From positions 1-30,907 of IMG/VR virus record IMGVR_UViG_3300012953_000125: DNA of 30,907 bases; one strand, given 5' to 3'. Source of the stretch: a virus (Duplodnaviria > Caudoviricetes). Under the pieces are notes generated by a model that made no database searches, was not told where the DNA came from, and was given only the letters and a program-made list of their open reading frames with translations. Made by a program: the position numbers and the translations under genes. Positions 1-9,216 of the stretch are shown here, piece after piece; positions within the stretch are counted from its first letter, which is position 1; every line of letters starts with the position of its first letter.

Positions 1-1292
1 AACCCACCGAATATACCACCGATTGTTTCTATGATACTTACAAAGTATCCTACTACTGTATCGATAACTGCTCTAAATCCTTCTGATTCATTGTATAGAT
101 AAATTGCACCTACAAGAAGCATAATTGCTATAGCACCAATTAATAATGCAGGGACTGACAATCCTAAAGCTGCAGCTAACATTGATACACCAGTTGCGAC
201 AAGTGACGCACCTGCAGAAAGTAATCCAACTACAAATGTTCCCGCCGCCATGAGGAAAGTTCCTGCACCTCTAAGAACATTCATTGCACCTTTTCCAAAA
301 GCTGCAAATCCTTTCTTCAAGTTTTCGACACCAGTATTAAATCCTTTTTTGATTCCTTGCATCATGTTACCAGCACCTTCTTTCATGCTGTTCCAAACTG
401 CACCAAGGTCAGAATTTAATTGTTCAGTTACTGCACTGAGTCCACCTTCTTTGAATGTTTCACCAAGACCACTGAAATAAGTTCCAGTTGCTTTAAGTCC
501 GTTCATGATACCTGAACTAACAGAAGATATTCCTGATTTTAATCCAGCAGTAAAGTTCTGAATACCACCGACTACGTCACCAAATAAATCTTGGTTACCG
601 AATAACATACCGACAGAATTTATATTTTCAACTACAGAATCAAATGCACCAATAAGGTCAAACCCTGTAAGGTTCTTTAAACCTTGACTAAAAGATTGTA
701 GTCCTTGTGCAGTTTCGTCTGTTGTTTGTTTTAGTATTCCATCTAATTCTTTATTGAATTCGTCTCTTTTTTCTTTTTCAGTTTTAATTGAATCGTCAAA
801 TGTTTTAGTAATTTCTTTTGCTTTTTTGAGACGTTCTTTTTCTATTGCTTCTCTTTTCTCAACGAGATTATTAAGAGCTGCACCTTGGAGTGTGCCTTCT
901 TTTGCACCTTGAATTTCTTTTTGTTTAAGCGCTAGAATTTCCGCATCCATTTTACCAAGAACGTTAGTTGACTTTTCTGCTGTTGCAAGTCTTTTTGCAC
1001 GTGCTTCTTCTAATGAATTGAGTTCGTCATTAACTTTTTTAAAATCCGCAAAGTCGATACTACCTAATTGACCTTCCCCAGTTTTCAAACCCTCTGCTAC
1101 TTGATTTAGACTATCTCTTATTTTGTTAGCCGCAAGAGCACCTTGAAATGTATTTTTATTTGAGGAACGGAAATTAGCTGCTGTGAGAGCAACCTCTTTA
1201 TTTGTTTCCGCAAGAGAATCTACAATTTCTTTGAATGCAGGTTTAAGAGGTCTTGACGCCTCTTCTATCTGTTTGGTAATATCGTCTGACAC
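1..1292 (-). CDS. Tape-measure-like tail protein (5' part; runs off the left edge; not in ORF track)
   Basis: My translation from a GTG at 1292, preceded by AAGGA, reads MSDDITKQIEEASRPLKPAFKEIVDSLAETNKEV... It has a long charged coiled-coil region, then G/A-rich amphipathic stretches and a hydrophobic segment (LLSAGASLVATGVSMLAAALGLSVPALLLIGAIAIMLLVGAIYLY). It lies downstream of the gp26/gp51-like genes. Confidence 0.7.
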   Translation of the reverse strand, partial: MSDDITKQIEEASRPLKPAFKEIVDSLAETNKEVALTAANFRSSNKNTFQGALAANKIRDSLNQVAEGLKTGEGQLGSIDFADFKKVNDELNSLEEARAKRLATAEKSTNVLGKMDAEILALKQKEIQGAKEGTLQGAALNNLVEKREAIEKERLKKAKEITKTFDDSIKTEKEKRDEFNKELDGILKQTTDETAQGLQSFSQGLKNLTGFDLIGAFDSVVENINSVGMLFGNQDLFGDVVGGIQNFTAGLKSGISSVSSGIMNGLKATGTYFSGLGETFKEGGLSAVTEQLNSDLGAVWNSMKEGAGNMMQGIKKGFNTGVENLKKGFAAFGKGAMNVLRGAGTFLMAAGTFVVGLLSAGASLVATGVSMLAAALGLSVPALLIGAIAIMLLVGAIYLYNESEGFRAVIDTVVGYFVSIIETIGGIFGG

Positions 1293-1302
1293 TTATATGT
1301 CC

Positions 1303-1689
1303 TTACTTTTTATTATTGTCTGAGTCATGTTCTTTAGCCGCACTGTTTACATATAGTCCAAACCACGCCGCCCCAGCACCAACTAAGATACTGATAAGAC
1401 CTGATTGTTCCATAGTAGGTGCAGGTAAACTTATGAACCACATGACAACAAAGTAAATTAAGAATATGTAAACACTTAAAAATGCTCTTGGCCATATTCT
1501 CCATGAGTCTACTGCTTTAGCAGCGAAAATCCATTTTTGCCATGGATTCTTTTTATCGTCATGTTCTAACTCAAATATTTTCTGTTTGAGGTCATTGTTT
1601 TCAGTGACCATTTCCATAAATTTGCTGAGGTCAATTTCAACCTCATTACGGCTCATGTCACCACTAAATCTTTCTCTATCATCGCCCAT
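1303..1689 (-). CDS. Hypothetical membrane protein, N-terminal coiled coil plus 2 TM helices (holin-like topology, function unknown)
   Basis: Two hydrophobic segments (AFLSVYIFLIYFVVMWFISL; GLISILVGAGAAWFGLYV) and a charged C-terminal tail. GGGAGA SD upstream. Tightly packed in the operon. Confidence 0.7.
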   Translation of the reverse strand: MGDDRERFSGDMSRNEVEIDLSKFMEMVTENNDLKQKIFELEHDDKKNPWQKWIFAAKAVDSWRIWPRAFLSVYIFLIYFVVMWFISLPAPTMEQSGLISILVGAGAAWFGLYVNSAAKEHDSDNNKK

Positions 1690-1692
1690 GTT

Positions 1693-1944
1693 CTATCTCC
1701 CCGATTTATACTTGGCTTGTTCATTCTTTTGCCTTTCCTGTTCTTCCTTTAGGAATTGCATGAGTAACATAATATAAATCTCCCTTTCCCATGGCATCAT
1801 ATTTTCAAGTTCTTCTAAACTATAGTTATGATGTTGCATCAACTGAAAGTTCGTATTGTAATAATTCAATACGCTCTCATGAGAAAGGCCTATCAAAAAA
1901 AACTTTGTAAGCCCTCCATGGTGCGAGACTGCTTCGTTCCACAT
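1693..1944 (-). CDS. gp51: gp51-like baseplate hub assembly catalyst; probably expressed as a -1 frameshift extension of gp26
   Basis: Motif HHNYSLEELENMMPWEREIYIMLL matches the small gene that follows gp26 in marine T4-likes. It overlaps the gp26 3' end in the -1 frame. True start uncertain. Confidence 0.7.
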   Translation of the reverse strand: MWNEAVSHHGGLTKFFLIGLSHESVLNYYNTNFQLMQHHNYSLEELENMMPWEREIYIMLLMQFLKEEQERQKNEQAKYKSGR

Positions 1945-2609
1945 ACTTTACATGTGTATTCAGCATCGTAAAACACTTTAGGCATGTCATCGAAATATGA
2001 ACCAAGTTTTTCTATCTGTGGGAACGTTAAGTTGTCCACAAAATCACTTAGTTCTTTTTTCGATACGTCATCTGTATCATATACATTTTCCGCATCAAAT
2101 ATTTCAGAAATACATTCCTTCAACATCGCAATAGGTTGTTCGTTCTGAGGTATCTTATTAACACGTTCCATAGTGTTCCAATTAGGATATCTCAATACCA
2201 CACCCATTTCATCAGTAATCATAATTTTAGGTTCTACGCCCTCAGGTTTAGAAGTTTGAACTTCTTCTAAGTTCACCGTAACTTCACCTGTGCCATTGCA
2301 CCCTTCTTCTTGACAAGACAAATTAATTGTAACTGTTTCTCCGACTGATACTGCTCTTACTTTAATAAACAAGAATTCAATATCAAACATTGGTAGTTTT
2401 TCAATATCTAACCAATCGTTTTCTTCAAATGCAGTTACGCCTTTGAGCATTGTCTTGATAGAATCAAGTGACCTACTTTGGTCTTCACCCTCTTTCGCAA
2501 TTACTAAAACCTTTTGTTCTTTTACAAGAAAAGGTCTGAATTTAACTTCATTCCCATTACTTGGTAGCACGCACGTATACGTAGGTGCCGACTGTATTGG
2601 TAAACTCAT
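1893..2609 (-). CDS. gp26: Baseplate hub assembly chaperone gp26
   Basis: MSLP...PTY...LPS...VKFRPFLVKEQKVL and FDIEFLFIKVRAVSVGE motifs, Cys pairs (CQEEGC, CKVC), C-terminal EGLQSFF. GAGGA SD. Confidence 0.88.
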   Translation of the reverse strand: MSLPIQSAPTYTCVLPSNGNEVKFRPFLVKEQKVLVIAKEGEDQSRSLDSIKTMLKGVTAFEENDWLDIEKLPMFDIEFLFIKVRAVSVGETVTINLSCQEEGCNGTGEVTVNLEEVQTSKPEGVEPKIMITDEMGVVLRYPNWNTMERVNKIPQNEQPIAMLKECISEIFDAENVYDTDDVSKKELSDFVDNLTFPQIEKLGSYFDDMPKVFYDAEYTCKVCGTKQSRTMEGLQSFF

Positions 2610-2631
2610 AATTATCCTCTATTATATAATA

Positions 2632-3381
2632 TTAACCACCACGACCAAACACATTATTAATTTTACCTAAGTTAGTGTCTAATCCTGTTAGTTTGTTCAG
2701 TAGTCTATCTCCTTTACTACCATAACGACTACCGATTGATAGCGCTTCCATGGCAACATTAAGATATCTTCTACCTTTATTTAGTGCTGAAAGCTCAGGT
2801 GGTTCAGTATATTCTACTTCCCAACCACGATATGCTAACGTGCACGAAAACTTTAAAATATTATCAGGAGTGTTTGAGTCTAATGTCATAGCTTCAAAAC
2901 TCTTTGGATAACATTCATATAATTTATATTTCATAGCAGAGTTTCCGTCAACCCTGTATTGTGTAATGTCTACTTGTCCTATGTAATCAGTGTAGTATGC
3001 AAAGACTGGTTGGAGTTGGTCACCTTCACCAGCAGTGTATACTAAAGTCTGCCATGCTTCAATGATTAATCTGTCAGCAAATGTTTGGTCACAGAAAAAT
3101 GTAAATGCAGTTTCACCACCGTCATTTACCGCATGAGGCATTTGTCTTTTTTGTCCGTATTCTGACCATGCAGTTGATTCAATTGTTCTGCCTGGCAATG
3201 TAGCAGTATCACAACGTAATCCTTCTAGAGACAATCCCATTGGGCCAAAAAAGTCTGCTTGGAATCTATTTGACCTTGCACCGATATCAAAGTTTGCTCT
3301 AAACTTATCGATACTTGTTCCTTTATCATTCCCACTTAAGAAATTAGAAACACCTCTTTTTATTAAATTCTTTATTGCCAT
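2632..3381 (-). CDS. gp54: Tail tube initiator / tube-fold protein (gp54-like)
   Basis: ARSNRF, CDTATLPGRTI, FTFFCD...IIEAWQ, YKLYECYPKS and FSCTLAYRGW motifs of the gp19/gp54 tube fold. Adjacent to gp2 and gp26. Confidence 0.75.
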   Translation of the reverse strand: MAIKNLIKRGVSNFLSGNDKGTSIDKFRANFDIGARSNRFQADFFGPMGLSLEGLRCDTATLPGRTIESTAWSEYGQKRQMPHAVNDGGETAFTFFCDQTFADRLIIEAWQTLVYTAGEGDQLQPVFAYYTDYIGQVDITQYRVDGNSAMKYKLYECYPKSFEAMTLDSNTPDNILKFSCTLAYRGWEVEYTEPPELSALNKGRRYLNVAMEALSIGSRYGSKGDRLLNKLTGLDTNLGKINNVFGRGG

Positions 3382-3932
3382 TAAATTTTCCTCAACGAAT
3401 CAGAATAAACTGTATTCGCATTTACATTAAAACTTTGTGTGGGTAACATTGCAACTATATCGTAATAGTCTGACTGCACCTCTTTTATATAACTGTTAAA
3501 GTAACCATATTGATATTGTTTAACGCAGGGTTTTGCCCATCTTAAATTACCAATAGACTTTACCATTTTGTAATTAATATCAAATACATTATCTTGCATA
3601 TTTCCATACATAGCGTCCAGTAATCTGACTCTATATCTTGGTGCCAAGTAATGTAGGTTTAATCCCATAAAACCTGTTTTATATTTTTTAATAGGAATGC
3701 ATAAAGGGAAATAATCCCAGTAAGGAAGTTTGTCTTGTGTCTTCGCATCGTAGAAAAACATATAAATTTTTCCCAACTCAACTCTTCCTGTAGCATTAAA
3801 CTCGTCTAACAAGGAAGAATGACGCACTCTTATTTGTCGTAAATTATTACGGAACCAATTCATACTGTCGATACTTCTTTGGCGTAATTCGCTAGGTTTC
3901 TCGTTCTGTAAATCGTCCAGTAGTTGTCCCAT
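3381..3932 (-). CDS. gp2: DNA end protector protein gp2
   Basis: GKIYMFFYDAKTQDKLPYWDYFPL, GFMGLNLHYLAP and KPCVKQY motifs. Confidence 0.9.
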   Translation of the reverse strand: MGQLLDDLQNEKPSELRQRSIDSMNWFRNNLRQIRVRHSSLLDEFNATGRVELGKIYMFFYDAKTQDKLPYWDYFPLCIPIKKYKTGFMGLNLHYLAPRYRVRLLDAMYGNMQDNVFDINYKMVKSIGNLRWAKPCVKQYQYGYFNSYIKEVQSDYYDIVAMLPTQSFNVNANTVYSDSLRKI

Positions 3933-3937
3933 ACAAC

Positions 3938-3945
3938 TATTTATG
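3938..3945 (-). promoter_or_regulatory. T4-type late promoter variant CATAAATA, 5 nt before the gp2 ATG
   Basis: Minus strand reads CATAAATA-GTTGT-ATG. Confidence 0.6.
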
Positions 3946-3948
3946 CAT

Positions 3949-4383
3949 TTAGGTCAAATGGTCTTCCGTTAATATACGAAATTTTAATCTTCTCTCTTTA
4001 CAATAGATTTCAGCTGCTTTAAATTTAGCTTGATTGACCGCATAAGTCTGTGCTTCCATAAGATATCTTTTGGAAACTCTGTGTTCAGGTTTCTTTGGGG
4101 GTTTCAATTGTTTCTTAGGTTTAACTTCTATAATTTCACGTATAGTTTGTCCCTGCGAGTTAGTATATTTGATATAAAAGTCAGGAAAATACCTATGACG
4201 TTTTCTATCAAGGGGTGAAACATAAGGAATGACCACTTCTTCTGAACCCCATTCGGAAATATTAGGGTTAGAATCAGCGTAAACCATAAATCTACGCTCC
4301 CATAACGACCTATAATAGATTTTTGTAGGGTCTCCTTTATATTTTTTGTAATTCTTAGGTTTAAACTTGCCACTGTAAGACAT
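3949..4383 (-). CDS. gp4: Head completion nuclease gp4 (TnsA-like endonuclease fold)
   Basis: MSYSGKFKPKNYKKYKGDP, YRSLWE, WGSEE, HRYFPDF, IEVKPKKQ, NQAKF and ILTEDHL motifs. The likely start is the ATG at 4383, not 4401 as in the ORF track. Confidence 0.92.
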   Translation of the reverse strand: MSYSGKFKPKNYKKYKGDPTKIYYRSLWERRFMVYADSNPNISEWGSEEVVIPYVSPLDRKRHRYFPDFYIKYTNSQGQTIREIIEVKPKKQLKPPKKPEHRVSKRYLMEAQTYAVNQAKFKAAEIYCKERRLKFRILTEDHLT

Positions 4384-4388
4384 AAATA
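4381..4388 (+). promoter_or_regulatory. Late promoter variant CATAAATA for the gp48 operon
   Basis: Lies at the left edge of the divergent gp4/gp48 gap and overlaps the antisense of the gp4 start codon. Confidence 0.55.
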
Positions 4389-4420
4389 GATATATTACCA
4401 ATTAATTTATTCAACGAAGG

Positions 4421-4428
4421 TATTTATG
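4421..4428 (-). promoter_or_regulatory. Late promoter variant CATAAATA for gp4
   Basis: TATTTATG on the plus strand; overlaps the gp48 ATG. Confidence 0.55.
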
Positions 4429-5496
4429 GGATTAAGCAAATTACTAGACAAAGTCAATCAAGCAAAGTCTGCTGTAGAATCAGTCAAAGGAATTCAAAAC
4501 AAACTAAAAAACATTGACAAGACTACAGTTCTTGACCAATTAGGTGAACAAGCAGAAGAAGCTAAAAGAACTTTAGAAAAAAGACGAACTTCTTTAGAGA
4601 AAAATTTAGACGCAAGAAATACAGGTAAAGCAAAAGCGAAATCTACACCTTCTGGCGGAACTACAGATTTAGTATATCCAATATATGACCAATTAGATAA
4701 CTATATTGTATTCTCAACTAGAGCACGTGAAGCAAGAGACGGTAAAAACGGTCAAAATCTTTTATCAAAAGATGATATAGAAATTGCACTATACGTAAAA
4801 CCCGAACATTTAGCAAGTAACTTTACAGTTAACTATAAAACTCAAGGATTCGGTGCAGGTATCCGTGGACTTGCAGATATGTTTGACGGTGGTGAGTCAG
4901 GAAACTTTTTTGGAGAGGGTGGTTCACTAGAAAACTTTGCAGGTGAGGTTAAAAACATGGCGGGAGCTGCCATAAACAAACTTATGAATTCTGCTACAGG
5001 TGATTTTGTAAACTTTAGTGCTGGACGAGCAGTAAATCCAATGGAAGAACAAATGTTAGAAGGAATCGGTTTCCGTTCTTTCTCATTCTCATATGATTTC
5101 TATCCACGTTCAGAAGCAGAAGCAGACATGGTGCAACAAATTATGTATTATTTTAGAACTGCAATGTTACCTGATACATACGGTAGTTCAGAAGTAACAG
5201 AAAACGAAAACTTCTTTAACTATCCAAATATATTTGACGTATCATTCGATGGCCCAATCGCAGAAAGACTAGACGGATTTATGCCAATGGTTTGCACTGG
5301 TTGTGATATTTCTCATGGAGATACAGAGTTAGGTTTTTTCGAGAATGGACAACCAACAAAGTCTTCTATGAAAATAGACTTTACAGAAATTAAAATTGTT
5401 ACTCAAGAGAACTTCCAAAAAATATCACCTATTGGAGACAAGAGTATTACACCTACTGATTACAGTATTACAGATAGAAGGACTAGAGGCGACTAA
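4426..5496 (+). CDS. gp48: Baseplate tail tube cap gp48
   Basis: AVNPMEEQMLEGIGFRSFSFSYDFYPRSEAEA, FFNYPNIFDV and FTEIKIVT motifs; precedes gp53. Confidence 0.85.
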   Translation: MGLSKLLDKVNQAKSAVESVKGIQNKLKNIDKTTVLDQLGEQAEEAKRTLEKRRTSLEKNLDARNTGKAKAKSTPSGGTTDLVYPIYDQLDNYIVFSTRAREARDGKNGQNLLSKDDIEIALYVKPEHLASNFTVNYKTQGFGAGIRGLADMFDGGESGNFFGEGGSLENFAGEVKNMAGAAINKLMNSATGDFVNFSAGRAVNPMEEQMLEGIGFRSFSFSYDFYPRSEAEADMVQQIMYYFRTAMLPDTYGSSEVTENENFFNYPNIFDVSFDGPIAERLDGFMPMVCTGCDISHGDTELGFFENGQPTKSSMKIDFTEIKIVTQENFQKISPIGDKSITPTDYSITDRRTRGD

Positions 5497-6248
5497 TGGC
5501 AAATCAATTATTTAAGAACTTTCCCGAAGTTCAATACAAACTTAGTAACGGAAAATTTGTTACTATCAAAGATTTTTTTCGTAAAGCGAAGATAGAAGGA
5601 ACACAACTTAATCAAGTAGTTGATTATACTTTTTATGAATTACAAGAAGGTGAAAGACCTGACGTAGTTGCAAGTAAACTTTATGGTAATGGTGATTTAC
5701 ACTGGACATTATTTCTTGCAAATGATATTACTAATTACTATGACTGGTATATGGATACCAATACCTTTCAAGAAGTTATAAACAAAAAATATCCTGGCCA
5801 AGTATTGGTTGCGTCTGTAAGCACCGATATAGTATCTGCTACTTCTAAATTTTTAATCGGTGAAGACATAACGCAGAATACAACAGAAGGTAAAATTATA
5901 AAAGTTGACCCAACTTATAATAGAATTTGGGTAGAAAGAACAAATGGTAAAGACTTTGTGGCAAATCAATTAGTTAACACAGTTCGCACCATAGACGGTG
6001 CTGTTGCAAAATCATTCACACCTACCAGTGTAAAAAATGGAATAGACGCAACTGCATATTACTATGACCCTAATGCAGGTGGAATTAATAGTTATAGATA
6101 TAACAACAATACTACGGGAACCTATCAACCAAGAACGTATTACGAAAAAGAATACGAAGAAAACGAAGCGAGAAGAAAGATAAAAGTTATCAGACCTGAG
6201 TTCATACGAAGAGTTGTATCTGAATTTGAACGTGTAATGAGTGCATAA
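5496..6248 (+). CDS. gp53: Baseplate wedge subunit gp53
   Basis: FKNFPEVQY, GERPDVVASKLYGNGDLHWTLFLANDI and YEENEARRKIKVIRPE motifs. Confidence 0.9.
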   Translation: MANQLFKNFPEVQYKLSNGKFVTIKDFFRKAKIEGTQLNQVVDYTFYELQEGERPDVVASKLYGNGDLHWTLFLANDITNYYDWYMDTNTFQEVINKKYPGQVLVASVSTDIVSATSKFLIGEDITQNTTEGKIIKVDPTYNRIWVERTNGKDFVANQLVNTVRTIDGAVAKSFTPTSVKNGIDATAYYYDPNAGGINSYRYNNNTTGTYQPRTYYEKEYEENEARRKIKVIRPEFIRRVVSEFERVMSA

Positions 6249-7732
6249 TGACTGAAAAGAAAAACATGCAGGGTGGTGTATTCACTATCGATGCAATTAA
6301 CCTAGTAAACCAAGAAGGCGAAAGTGTAGACATACAAAATATGGTGCACATGTTTCGCTTGTATGAAAGTATATACAATAAATTTGTTACAGGTGATATC
6401 CATATCATAGACGGTCTTGATATGTTAAAGAATTTTAAAATTACTGGTGACGAATTCATTCGTGTTGCTATCAAACAGATTGAAGGTATGGGTGAAGAAG
6501 CACCAAAAGAATTTACAATTGATAGAGACTTTAAAGTTTATAAGATAAGTGCAGTTAACAGGATAGACCAAGCGACACAAACCTACGTTTTAAAAGTATG
6601 TGACCCACGCATGTTTACTGTTAGAAATACGAGAGTGTCTAGAGTCATGCGTGGTTCATATGATAAGATGTTACAAAACGTTCTTATTAATGAAGGTCAT
6701 ATGAAAACAGATGAGTTTGTTCATTGGGAAGATTCAAAACCCGAAAACTGTCAAATGGTTGTTCCTAATTGGACTATTGATAAGTTCATAGACTTTACAG
6801 TTAATAATGCAGATAAAGGATTAGAAGATAAAGCGGTATATAGAAATGGTATGTTTTTCTATCAAACATTAAATGGTGGATTCTGTTTTAAAAGTATTGA
6901 CGAAATGTTTCAACAAGAATTTCCTCTTAAATTTTCATATGGTTCAAGACAAGCAGATACAGAAACTGCAGACGTAGACGCAAATGCTGAAGGGGGTGTT
7001 AATACTGTGATTGAAGCAATCGAACACCCACAAAGAGCAGACACCTTAAGAGGAATGGTTGGTGGTGCATTTGCTTCAACTCAGATTACATATGACCCGA
7101 TAAGAAAAGTAGACGAAATAGATTTGTATTCTATAAATGACTTGTTCAATAGAAATAGTGAAAATCATTTATCAGGTTTTCCTATGATAAGAACAGGTGA
7201 AGAAAATGAAGTCTTTGAAAAAGTTTTAACAACAGAAAATGTAACGGACGCAAAAGTATCTCCGCCAGTCACAGAGAAAGATGTTGACGCTAATTTAGGA
7301 TACAAATATGATTCACTAAAAATTTATGATACTAAAATGATTCATTCTTTTGACAATGCAGATAAATTAGATACCGAAGAATCATTTAAAGGTTGGTCTG
7401 CTAAAGTTGATTCAGGTAAATTAGAACGTAGAGCAATGTTAGAAATCTTACAACAAAACAGAATTATAATTACGATACCTTTGAGAACAGATTTAAGTGT
7501 TGGAACTGTTATCGAATTAGATATCCCACCACCACAATCTTCAACAGGTGGAGTTGATATCGCAGATAAAATGAATGACAATAGATACTTGATAACTGAT
7601 ATTTGTGTAAATGGAGTTCCTGCTGATAAGGTAGGAAAACTATTTATTGAATGTGTAAAAGAAAGTTATGCAAAGAAAATACAAGACTATACTCCTTTAG
7701 ATAACGTTGCACCACCGAGGGACAACACATGA
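6248..7732 (+). CDS. Baseplate hub protein (gp27-like)
   Basis: Located between gp53 and gp5. LYESIY...TGDIHIIDG, FFYQTLNGGFCFKSID and TDLSVGTVIEL...RYLIT motifs fit a gp27/Mu gp44-type hub. Confidence 0.65.
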   Translation: MTEKKNMQGGVFTIDAINLVNQEGESVDIQNMVHMFRLYESIYNKFVTGDIHIIDGLDMLKNFKITGDEFIRVAIKQIEGMGEEAPKEFTIDRDFKVYKISAVNRIDQATQTYVLKVCDPRMFTVRNTRVSRVMRGSYDKMLQNVLINEGHMKTDEFVHWEDSKPENCQMVVPNWTIDKFIDFTVNNADKGLEDKAVYRNGMFFYQTLNGGFCFKSIDEMFQQEFPLKFSYGSRQADTETADVDANAEGGVNTVIEAIEHPQRADTLRGMVGGAFASTQITYDPIRKVDEIDLYSINDLFNRNSENHLSGFPMIRTGEENEVFEKVLTTENVTDAKVSPPVTEKDVDANLGYKYDSLKIYDTKMIHSFDNADKLDTEESFKGWSAKVDSGKLERRAMLEILQQNRIIITIPLRTDLSVGTVIELDIPPPQSSTGGVDIADKMNDNRYLITDICVNGVPADKVGKLFIECVKESYAKKIQDYTPLDNVAPPRDNT

Positions 7733-7893
7733 GTAAGTGGTTATTAAATAAACTAGCACCATACGCTTTGAGATTCAGAGAATGGTCAAGAGGAAAAACT
7801 TGGATACAGATACCTTTATGGATTTTAATCTTATGGTTATTAGGATTCGCTAATCCATATTGGTGTGTATATCCTGTATGTTGGATTCAATGA
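7729..7893 (+). CDS. Small Trp-rich membrane protein, 54 aa (below the ORF track cutoff)
   Basis: MSKWLLNKLAPYALRFREWSRGKTWIQIPLWILILWLLGFANPYWCVYPVCWIQ*. ATGA overlaps at both ends and GAGG upstream; fills the gap exactly. Confidence 0.7.
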   Translation: MSKWLLNKLAPYALRFREWSRGKTWIQIPLWILILWLLGFANPYWCVYPVCWIQ

Positions 7894-9203
7894 TGAAATT
7901 TTGGTATGGAATAGTAGAAGATAGACAAGACCCGTTAAAGATTGGCCGTGTGCGTGTGCGTGTGCACGGCGTCCATACGCACATGAAGGAACAAATAGCA
8001 ACTCCTGATTTACCATGGGCACAAGTTCTTCTTCCAACTAGTTCCGCAGGTCTATCGGGATTTGGATTCGGTAACGGTCTTGTAGAAGGGTCTACGGTAT
8101 TTGGATTTTGGAGAGACGAAGATTACATGCAAGACCCAGTGGTTCTTGGTGTAGCGGCTGGAATGCCTGCACAGGGTTCTCGTATTACAATCAAAGACGA
8201 ATTGATACAGAGAAAGATTGAAGACGGATTCAATGACCCAAGAAGATTAACTGTAGCAGACTATGCTGAAACTCCTGACGGTGAAACACCTACGCATGAC
8301 AGGACTAGAAGTTTTGGATTAACAACTGCATTGGATACTGCACCTAAACATGTCAAGTCTCTTACGGTAAACTATGACGGAACAGGTTCAACTATAGAAG
8401 AGGTCACACTTACCGAAGACGATTTACCTTACTATCCAAAATACTATGACGCTTCAGATTTAAATGATAACACAACAGGTATTGCAACATATACTCATAG
8501 AAGTTTTACAAAAGTTGTAGACGATAAAGTTGAGAATTTAAAACACGTAAACACAAAAGAAATCTTTACAGACAATACAAAGAAAAGAGCAGTAGACGAA
8601 GAATGGTCATTCCCTGTATCACCTGCTAAACCAGTATACCCATATAACAAATCAGTCACTACTGAGTCAGGACATATTTTAGAATTAGACGATACTCTTG
8701 GTGTAGAAAGAATCGCATTAGAACATAGAAGTGGAACATTCCAAGAGATACACCCTGACGGTTCACAGGTAACTAGAATTGTAAATGATAATTATACTGT
8801 AGTTGCAAAAGACGATAAAATAATTGTTGGTGGTAACGTAGACGTGTCTGTCGAAAAGGGTAATGTTAGAATTGCAGTAGCAACAGGTAATGCAGATATC
8901 TATGTAGCAGGACAAACAGATTTAATGGTAGACGGAAATGTAAATGCAAGTATAGGTGGAACATTAAATGCAGACGTAGTTGGTAATACAACATTCACTT
9001 CACCTGAAACTCTTATGACTACAAATTTAACAGTTGACGGTAACGTTCATATTACTGGAACAACACATTCAGTTGGTGACGTATCAACTGACGCTGGAAA
9101 TGCTCCGACACTTGCAACCCATAAACATAAATCAACTTCTAAAGATACGGGTGTTGGTGCTAATGCAGGAGTTAAAACAGATACTACAATTCCTGATGCA
9201 TAA
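7890..9203 (+). CDS. gp5: Baseplate central spike gp5 (OB fold plus beta-helix, no lysozyme domain)
   Basis: FWYGIVEDRQDPLKIGRVRVRVHG, DLPWA, GFWRD...QDPVVLG, YPYNKSVTTESGHILELDDT and HRSGTFQEIHPDG motifs, followed by VxGN repeats. The start is probably the ATG at 7890 or 7893, not 7860. Confidence 0.9.
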   Translation: MMKFWYGIVEDRQDPLKIGRVRVRVHGVHTHMKEQIATPDLPWAQVLLPTSSAGLSGFGFGNGLVEGSTVFGFWRDEDYMQDPVVLGVAAGMPAQGSRITIKDELIQRKIEDGFNDPRRLTVADYAETPDGETPTHDRTRSFGLTTALDTAPKHVKSLTVNYDGTGSTIEEVTLTEDDLPYYPKYYDASDLNDNTTGIATYTHRSFTKVVDDKVENLKHVNTKEIFTDNTKKRAVDEEWSFPVSPAKPVYPYNKSVTTESGHILELDDTLGVERIALEHRSGTFQEIHPDGSQVTRIVNDNYTVVAKDDKIIVGGNVDVSVEKGNVRIAVATGNADIYVAGQTDLMVDGNVNASIGGTLNADVVGNTTFTSPETLMTTNLTVDGNVHITGTTHSVGDVSTDAGNAPTLATHKHKSTSKDTGVGANAGVKTDTTIPDA

Positions 9204-9216
9204 TTTAGAGAGGTTG

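Noticed and set aside
3949-4383. TnsA-like or homing endonuclease as a mobile element
   Set aside because: Motifs and position match the core T4 head completion gene gp4.
7945-7970. GTGCGT microsatellite-like run
   Set aside because: It simply encodes the conserved GRVRVRVHG motif of gp5.
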